A DNA stretch of 64,000 bases from Oligoflexales bacterium (GTDB lineage Bacteria; Bdellovibrionota_B; Oligoflexia; Oligoflexales; Bog-1112): positions 14,816-78,815 of the forward strand of contig JBGCDR010000036.1 in NCBI GenBank assembly GCA_045105515.1, written 5' to 3'. Shown here piece by piece: positions 57,278 to 64,000 of the stretch. Position 1 is the first letter of the stretch. Each line of letters starts with the position of its first letter. The position numbers were made by a program, and so were the translations under genes. The notes beneath the pieces are model-generated. The model made no database searches. It saw nothing but the letters and a program-made list of their open reading frames with translations, and was not told the DNA's origin.

Positions 57278-59779
57278 ATGAGAAAAAATAAAAATCCCAA
57301 CAATGTGCTCCAAGCAAATGATGCGAAATTTCTGGAACAGAATCAATCTTTTCCACTGTTATTGCTGCCAAAGCAGGTTTTTTTTCCGGAGAATATCATC
57401 CCTATTACTTCTCTAAAGGGATTGAGCCCGCGGGATTTGCAAAAAGCTAAAGCTGGCGCTTTGAGGTTTGGGGTGGTTACAGATTTGAGCCGGCCTAAAA
57501 AGAAATTGAAGCAGATGTCAGGATATGGAACTGAAGCAATGGTCACTGCTCTTATCAAATTACCCAATGGGGAGGTAGGAGCGATGATTAAGGGCTTGCG
57601 ACGCTTTTTGATTCATAAAGCGCAGGAAGATAAATTTGGCTTAGTGGGTAAGGTTAGCTTTATTGAAGATAAAAGCTATGAGTTAGAAGGTGAACTTCCC
57701 GCTTTATTGCAAGCATTTAAATCTTTAGTTGTGAAATTTTTGAAATATCAGCCAAATATGAGTCAGGAAGCTGCTGCTCAAATTTTTACTACGGATGAAC
57801 CCTCTCAGTTAAGCTTTTTAGTCGCTCCACATTTGTCTCTTTCGATCAAAGAAAGACTAAACTTACTTTCTTGCTTTGATTTTCAACAACGGATTAAGAG
57901 TCTTATTCAGATCTTAGGCAAAGAGATTGAACTTTTGAACCTATCCTCGCGTATTCAAGAAAAGGTAAAGGATGGTGTTCATGATAATATGCGTCGCAAC
58001 TATCTCAGAGAGCAGATCCAAGTGATTAAAAAAGAGTTGGGTGATTTAGGCGCTCCTGAAGGAGACGATATCACGGTATTGAAGAATTCCCTCGACCAAC
58101 TTAAGCTTCCAGAAAAGGTACTTGAAAACGCAAATAGGGAAATAGATAGGTTGGCAATGATGCCTTCTGGTTCGCCTGAATATATGATTTCATGGACTTT
58201 TTTAAATTGGATAAAGGATCTCCCATGGGATAAGCAGGAAGAGAAGACAGAAAATAATTCAATAGATCTAAAAAAAGCTACTCAGATCCTTGATCAGCAC
58301 CACTACGGTTTACCGCGAATCAAGGAAAGAGTCCTTGAATTTATCGCACTATTGCAGCACCGTGGTAAGGTCTCAGGACAGATCCTTCTTCTATCAGGCC
58401 CTCCGGGAGTAGGTAAAACGTCCTTGGGTAAGTCAATTGCCTCTGCTTTGGAGCGACCTTTTGTTAGAGTTTCACTCGGTGGTGTTAAAGATGAAGCAGA
58501 AATTCGCGGACATAGGCGAACCTATATAGGGTCGATGCCAGGTAAGATTATACAAGCAATGAAAGATGCAGGGTCGTCGAAGCCGGTAATTCTTCTTGAT
58601 GAAATCGATAAAGCCGGAAGAGATGGGGGACGTGATCTTTCTTCCTCCCTTTTGGAAGTCTTAGACCCCGAGCAAAATCAGGCTTTTACAGATCACTATC
58701 TTGGGTTTCCATTTGACCTTTCTCAGGTACTTTTTATTGCAACTGCAAATTCACTTAGAGAGATTAGTGCACCTTTGCTTGACCGGATGGAGGTACTGGA
58801 ACTTTCTGGGTACACTGAAAGCGAAAAAATCAATATAGCTAATCGACATCTTCTTCCTCAGATAAGAGAAGATTTTTCTTTAACCGAGGAAAACTTTGCT
58901 CTAGACCAAACAGTATTGCCTCTTATTATTCGCTACTATACTCGTGAAGCAGGGGTCAGACAGTTAGGTCGGAGTCTAAGCACCATTGGTCGTAAAGTGG
59001 TTCGTGGGATTGTAGAAAGCCCAGAGCGCACCCCAGACAATAAATTAAATTCAAACCAATTAGTTAATTTCTTAGGAAATCCCAAATATTTTGCAGAGCC
59101 TATTGAAAAGAAAGTTCCTCCGGGTGTTGCTATTGGCTTAGCCTATACAACCGTGGGAGGAGATATCCTTTATATAGAATCGCGTAAAAATGAGTCAAAA
59201 AATTCTGGCGGAAGTCTAGTGCTAACAGGTAGCCTTGGTAAGGTCATGCAAGAAAGTGCGCAAACAGTTTTCTCTTTCCTACTGTCGCATGCGGATTTTC
59301 TTGCAATAGATCGTAAAGAAATGCTTGAAAATAAGGTGCATATTCACCTTCCAGATGGAGCAACTCCCAAAGATGGTCCCAGTGCAGGGGTCGCTTTATT
59401 ATGTGCTGTAGCAAGTCTTTTTAATAGCAGAAGTGTGCGGTCCTGTTTAGCTATGACTGGAGAAATTACCTTACGTGGTCAGGTCTTGCCTGTGGGTGGT
59501 ATCAAAGAAAAGCTTCTTGCTGCCCATCGTTATGGGCGAAAAGAAGTCATTATCCCAGCAGCAAATTGGATGGACCTCGAAGAGATCCCAGATGAGGTTT
59601 TGGAAGATCTCAAACTTTACCCGGTTCAAAACATGCTTGAAGTTTTGGTTATCGCACATTTAATTGCTCCAGCAAGCGGGGAAGCTATTCCTTCTCCGAA
59701 GCGTTTCGAAAGAAATAAACTGAAAAATCAATTTTCGTTTCCGGATTTGCCCGCAGATCCAAGCTGGCAGTACCAATAG
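57278..59779 (+). CDS. lon: Lon protease (endopeptidase La)
   Basis: GPPGVGKTS, RGHRRTYIG, LLDEIDK, catalytic PKDGPSAG and GGIKEK. Confidence 0.95.
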   Translation: MRKNKNPNNVLQANDAKFLEQNQSFPLLLLPKQVFFPENIIPITSLKGLSPRDLQKAKAGALRFGVVTDLSRPKKKLKQMSGYGTEAMVTALIKLPNGEVGAMIKGLRRFLIHKAQEDKFGLVGKVSFIEDKSYELEGELPALLQAFKSLVVKFLKYQPNMSQEAAAQIFTTDEPSQLSFLVAPHLSLSIKERLNLLSCFDFQQRIKSLIQILGKEIELLNLSSRIQEKVKDGVHDNMRRNYLREQIQVIKKELGDLGAPEGDDITVLKNSLDQLKLPEKVLENANREIDRLAMMPSGSPEYMISWTFLNWIKDLPWDKQEEKTENNSIDLKKATQILDQHHYGLPRIKERVLEFIALLQHRGKVSGQILLLSGPPGVGKTSLGKSIASALERPFVRVSLGGVKDEAEIRGHRRTYIGSMPGKIIQAMKDAGSSKPVILLDEIDKAGRDGGRDLSSSLLEVLDPEQNQAFTDHYLGFPFDLSQVLFIATANSLREISAPLLDRMEVLELSGYTESEKINIANRHLLPQIREDFSLTEENFALDQTVLPLIIRYYTREAGVRQLGRSLSTIGRKVVRGIVESPERTPDNKLNSNQLVNFLGNPKYFAEPIEKKVPPGVAIGLAYTTVGGDILYIESRKNESKNSGGSLVLTGSLGKVMQESAQTVFSFLLSHADFLAIDRKEMLENKVHIHLPDGATPKDGPSAGVALLCAVASLFNSRSVRSCLAMTGEITLRGQVLPVGGIKEKLLAAHRYGRKEVIIPAANWMDLEEIPDEVLEDLKLYPVQNMLEVLVIAHLIAPASGEAIPSPKRFERNKLKNQFSFPDLPADPSWQYQ

Positions 59780-59784
59780 GGACC

Positions 59785-60945
59785 ATGGTGATGAAGCTCG
59801 TTTATGCAGATTATAATGCAACCTACCCATGTAGTGAAAGCCACTTCGACATGGTTTCACGGGTGATTAAGAAGACCCAAGGAAATCCTTCCAGTATTCA
59901 TCATTTCGGACGGGAAGCTAAGCTAATACTTGAAGAAGCGAGGCAACAGGTTGCTGCAATATTTGGTGCTGAAAGACAGAGCATTCTTTTCACTTCGGGG
60001 GCAACAGAAGCAAATAATTTAGCTGTACAGGGTTTTTTCAAACGATTTCACAGAAGCTCCCAAAGAAGTCCTAAGCCACATATGATTATTTCGCAGGGTG
60101 AGCACCCTTCGATTACCCAACCTGCTGAATGGCTTCGGGACCAAGGGCTTGTTGACCTGTGCAAGATTCCACTATCCAATGATGGAATGATAGATCACAA
60201 AGCACTCATGGCAGCAATACGCGAACAAACAGTTTTTATAAGTATTATCTATGCAAACAATGAAACTGGCATTATAAACCCTATTGAAGAGTTAACCAGA
60301 AAGATTAAACAACAAAGACCTTCCATTCATGTGCATGCAGATGCGGTTCAGGCGTTTGGTAAGCTTGATATCTCATGGATCGGAGCTTCGCAATTGGATA
60401 GTGCTTCTGCATCAGCCCATAAAGTCGGAGGTTTAAAAGGAGTTGGGTCTCTATTTTTAAGGTCTGGATCTGCTCTAGATGCTTTACTACTAGGAGGTGG
60501 GCAGGAGCAGAGACTCAGGTCGGGAACTGAGAATATGCCAGGACTTGTTTCTTTTGGTCTTCGTGCCCGGGAAATCCTTGCCAAACCCGACTGGTTGCTA
60601 ACTTGTAAAAAAGTGCGTGATCACTTTGTCGAACACTTACTACAAATCCCAGGTGCTTGTGTTCATGGGGATTTGCGATGGACCCTTTCGAATACGGTTA
60701 ACTTTCATATTAAGGGGTTAGGAGGAGATATCTTGATGCTCCAATTTGATATAAATGGTATTGCTGTATCCAGTGGAAGCGCTTGCTCTTCCGGGGTTGG
60801 TGCTCCCAGTTCAGTTTTATTAGGTATGGGTTTCTCAGAATGGGTTTCACTAAACTCTGTGCGTGTAAGCTTTGGGGCAGGTAGCACCGTTGGTGACTCA
60901 GAGCACATACTTGCTGTGATTAAACAAGCTGCGGGAGGCTCTTAG
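59785..60945 (+). CDS. iscS: Cysteine desulfurase (IscS/NifS group I)
   Basis: YADYNAT, FTSGATEANN, ANNETG, HADAVQ, SAHK (PLP Lys) and SSGSACSS. Confidence 0.9.
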   Translation: MVMKLVYADYNATYPCSESHFDMVSRVIKKTQGNPSSIHHFGREAKLILEEARQQVAAIFGAERQSILFTSGATEANNLAVQGFFKRFHRSSQRSPKPHMIISQGEHPSITQPAEWLRDQGLVDLCKIPLSNDGMIDHKALMAAIREQTVFISIIYANNETGIINPIEELTRKIKQQRPSIHVHADAVQAFGKLDISWIGASQLDSASASAHKVGGLKGVGSLFLRSGSALDALLLGGGQEQRLRSGTENMPGLVSFGLRAREILAKPDWLLTCKKVRDHFVEHLLQIPGACVHGDLRWTLSNTVNFHIKGLGGDILMLQFDINGIAVSSGSACSSGVGAPSSVLLGMGFSEWVSLNSVRVSFGAGSTVGDSEHILAVIKQAAGGS

Positions 60946-61326
60946 TCCCCAACGGTAGCCATGGACAGGACCTATTCTCGAAGCGAAAATAGTTTAAAAG
61001 AAAAATTTGAAAGAAAATTAATGACAGGAACCACCACAATCTTCGTACTGCTCGGAAATCCAACTTCCTCCTCTAGTACTTGGAAATTTTCGAGTGAATA
61101 GCACATCGTGCAAGCTTCCCATTGTGAAAAGTAAAATTTAATTGCTAATACGGGAGCATTCTCACCAAAATACTTATTGTATGCTGCCATATTATGTTTA
61201 TCAATTTCAAAAATAGGATTCGGTAGGATGTAAAAAAAACTTTAAAACAAATTAACATGAACTATATTTAGTTTTATAATTATAGATTGTTGTCTGAGTT
61301 ATAACCTATATTTTGTTATCTGAGGT

Positions 61327-62121
61327 GTGTTTATGTATGATATTTCCACTGTGCTTGAAGACGTTAAGACCTGGTGTATCGAGGTTGGAGCTTATCAGGT
61401 CGAGTATTTTCGCAGTAATGATTTAGAAATTAGTACCAAATCTACAGATTCTGATCTAGTCACTAAGGTAGACAAGAATTCTGAGAAAATGATTTTGGAA
61501 AAAATTAATGCTAAATATTCGAAATCCAAAATTATTGCTGAAGAATCAGGTGAGAGTGGAGTTGACTCGGATTATACCTGGGTGATTGATCCATTGGATG
61601 GAACAAATAACTACGCCAGTGGCTTACCTATTTTTGCAATTTCTATAGGGCTTTACAAACTAGGTAAACCAGTGATTGGTGTGGTTTATGCACCATATTT
61701 GAAAGAAATGTACTATGCGAGTAAAGGTAATGGCGCATATCTCAATGGCAAGAAGCTAGAGATTAGTACCAAAGAAAGTTTAAAACATTGCATGGTTGGC
61801 ACCGGATTTCCTTACGACAAAGCTTATGCCAAGCTCAATAACCTTGATTATTTTAATAATTTGCTCCCAAAAGTTCGGGGTATTCGAAGGTATGGAGCCT
61901 GTGCTTATGACCTCTGTTTGGTTGCTTCAGCGTGTCTAGATGCTTACTGGGAGATGAGCTTACAAGAGTGGGATATTGCTGCTGGTGCTTTGATTGTTGA
62001 GGAAGCTGGAGGAAAGGTGATTCATTTTCGAGAAGACCGAAATTTCTCAATTATTGCTGCTAATCATCAAATAGCTGATACTATTGCAAGTGAGCATAAA
62101 CAAGTTGATTTGCAGCGATAG
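61327..62121 (+). CDS. suhB: Inositol monophosphatase (SuhB family)
   Basis: DLVTKVD, AEES, WVIDPLDGTNNY and WDIAAGALIVEEAGG. Confidence 0.9.
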   Translation: MFMYDISTVLEDVKTWCIEVGAYQVEYFRSNDLEISTKSTDSDLVTKVDKNSEKMILEKINAKYSKSKIIAEESGESGVDSDYTWVIDPLDGTNNYASGLPIFAISIGLYKLGKPVIGVVYAPYLKEMYYASKGNGAYLNGKKLEISTKESLKHCMVGTGFPYDKAYAKLNNLDYFNNLLPKVRGIRRYGACAYDLCLVASACLDAYWEMSLQEWDIAAGALIVEEAGGKVIHFREDRNFSIIAANHQIADTIASEHKQVDLQR

Positions 62122-62229
62122 AATAGTATCCCGATATTTGGGGCAAGCTATGATGTTTGGTATCGTCTTACCCCATCAAACTTCCTGATGTGTTAAAGTT
62201 TATAGATAACTTAAAATTTAGCATAGAGG

Positions 62230-62829
62230 GTGAGCATGGGTTTCAAAAAGCTGTTTTTAGCATGTATCTTCACATTCTCCTTTTCTGCCATGGCAGATGA
62301 TCTCAGTTTGTTATCGGGAGTATATCGGTCGTCAGAGATAGATGGTGGGATCAGTGAAACTGAGACTTCTATTGGAGCTCGCTATGGGCTGAAAATCTTC
62401 AGTAAGGCCCAATGGTTTGTGCAGGCAAGGTTAACCAGTACCTCCTACAGTGGAGACAATGCTCCTGATGGTGCCTCAGGCTTCGAAGTTGGGGGTGGCC
62501 AAAAATATTTTTATCGCTCCTTTAGCAGTCGTATTGTCCCTTATCTATCATGGTTAGGTCTGTTTTCTAGTGCATCAAGTGCAAATGCCACCACTGAAAC
62601 CTCTACACAAGGAATCTTCTATGGTGGCCAAGTTGGATTGAAGTTTGTGTTCGATAAATCTTTTTTTGTTGATTTCGAATCCAGTTTGTTTCTTAGTGCC
62701 CTTAATTCTACCAGCACAGTTAAGAATATAGGCACTGGGGATGAGGTGAAAACTACCAGGACAGAGCTTTATGTTGATACCATAGGAGAGGTACAGAATA
62801 TGGTGGTATCTTTAGGTTATGTTTTATGA
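62230..62829 (+). CDS. Small outer-membrane beta-barrel protein
   Basis: Signal peptide ending AMA, alternating strands (GARYG, GGQVGLKF) and terminal SLGYVL. Confidence 0.65.
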   Translation: MSMGFKKLFLACIFTFSFSAMADDLSLLSGVYRSSEIDGGISETETSIGARYGLKIFSKAQWFVQARLTSTSYSGDNAPDGASGFEVGGGQKYFYRSFSSRIVPYLSWLGLFSSASSANATTETSTQGIFYGGQVGLKFVFDKSFFVDFESSLFLSALNSTSTVKNIGTGDEVKTTRTELYVDTIGEVQNMVVSLGYVL

Positions 62830-64000
62830 AGGAGGCAGGTGCAAGCGCAGCATAACTGAGAGTAACTTAGAAAATGCGAATGATTTGTTTTCTTTGGGAA
62901 TCTTATCAATATCATTGATAAAGATTTGATCAATTTCCTCATTTGATAGTTTCTGTTCGATAGTTTTTACGAAATCATCCCGAAGTTTTGAGAATTGCTT
63001 AGACCGATAAACGATCAATCCAATCCATACAAAAGCCAAATGGGTATAATCTATCAAAACTTGAGTGTAACCAGATAGTTTACCATGGTAGGCATTCCAG
63101 GAAATTTGGATTTGGTCAAAATTGAGCTGACTTTGCATATCTGACAATAGGAATAGGCCTACAATTTTATTCTTGAGATGCTGTCTTAAGCTCATTGGAA
63201 TAAGTTGCCAGCTGGTATGGAAAAAACGCTCAAATTCTAATCTGTTAGCATCATCAATTCGATTTGATATAGTGAGTAAAGATTTTTTGAAGCATAGTGG
63301 GAACTTGATTCTTCTATAATATTCTGCATTCTTTGTTTGTGGCCTTTGTATAGTTCGTTAATACGAATGATTTTATAGTCACCAACCATGAGATCTGTCG
63401 AAATAATCTCAGGATTTTTTATCCCATTTATTCCCTGGTTTTTTATATGGTACCAAATTTGCTTAAGTACATCTTTTTTTAGTTCACTCCAAATGTAAGG
63501 CGTAATCTTACCTTTCACTATTTGTTGCACCGTCCTAAAAGTCTCTTCATTGATGACTTCCCAAATAACTGATTCTATTAGATAAGAGGCTAAGGTCGAA
63601 GAGTGATTAATTATGGGCTGATCATCTAAATATCTTGGAATAAAAAATTCTAAAACACTAAGAGATTCGAGATACTTTGTTTTGAACTCAATGGAAAAAT
63701 CGGACTCGATTTTTTTCTGATCAGCCAAGAAGCTTAATTGTCCAGTTATTTCACGAAGTGACTTATTTCTTAATATTATATTTAGTGATTGAAGGGAGCT
63801 TATGAAATTCCCATACGCTGAAGTTTTCATAATTTCTACATGTTTGGTCTGATCATCAAAGGCGGATTGCTAGATTAAGTGCAGAAGAAAAAATTCCATC
63901 GCTTCGGAAGGCGGATTTAGTTTAGTCTATGAGGCTAATCTGCTTGCAAGAAAGGGGTATTTATGTCTGCCAATCTCACTTATGAACAAAGGTATGAGAT
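62824..64000 (-). pseudogene. Probable degraded gene of unknown function, continuing beyond the window
   Basis: The 63237-63830 frame reads from the window edge with only two TAG interruptions. The 62824-63195 frame is open back to about 63357, overlapping the first by about 120 nt around an A6 run. Confidence 0.5.

Noticed and set aside
63831..64000. TAG reassignment or readthrough
   Set aside because: TAG ends conserved genes at their expected C-termini (rplX, ctaD, ctaE, ychF), so pseudogenisation or sequence error is simpler.

Overview
A gene-dense, AT-rich bacterial chromosomal segment that is mostly core genome. Gene content (deltaproteobacterial-type T2SS with a PilM-like GspL and GspN, a TIGR04552-like protein, a CglF/GltF-like gliding protein) points to Bdellovibrionota/Oligoflexia or a relative; this is an inference. 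In order it holds: partial sfsA, a patatin, dsbD, a stand-alone rplX, a di-heme peroxidase plus a His/Met-motif protein beside a caa3-type oxidase operon, tRNA-Asp followed by a solitary DNA methyltransferase, and several enzymes (cysteine dioxygenase, MltD, M28 aminopeptidase, MaiA). Next come a five-gene FliT-like/GT-TPR/hypothetical/REC-TPR/SLT operon and a T2SS cluster with two gspC and two gspD genes. The right part has aroK, ychF, yajQ, dnaG-rpoD-tRNA(CAT), a TolB-like/CglF-like locus, TIGR04552-like-lon-iscS, suhB and a decayed gene at the edge. I saw no CRISPR array, integrase, transposase or prophage. The best leads are the duplicated-GspC/GspD T2SS, the atypical GT-TPR/REC-TPR/SLT operon, the orphan rplX and cglF-like genes, the peroxidase/metal-binding pair by the oxidase operon, and a REP-like palindromic repeat family. 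All calls rest on motif recognition by eye; no searches were run.
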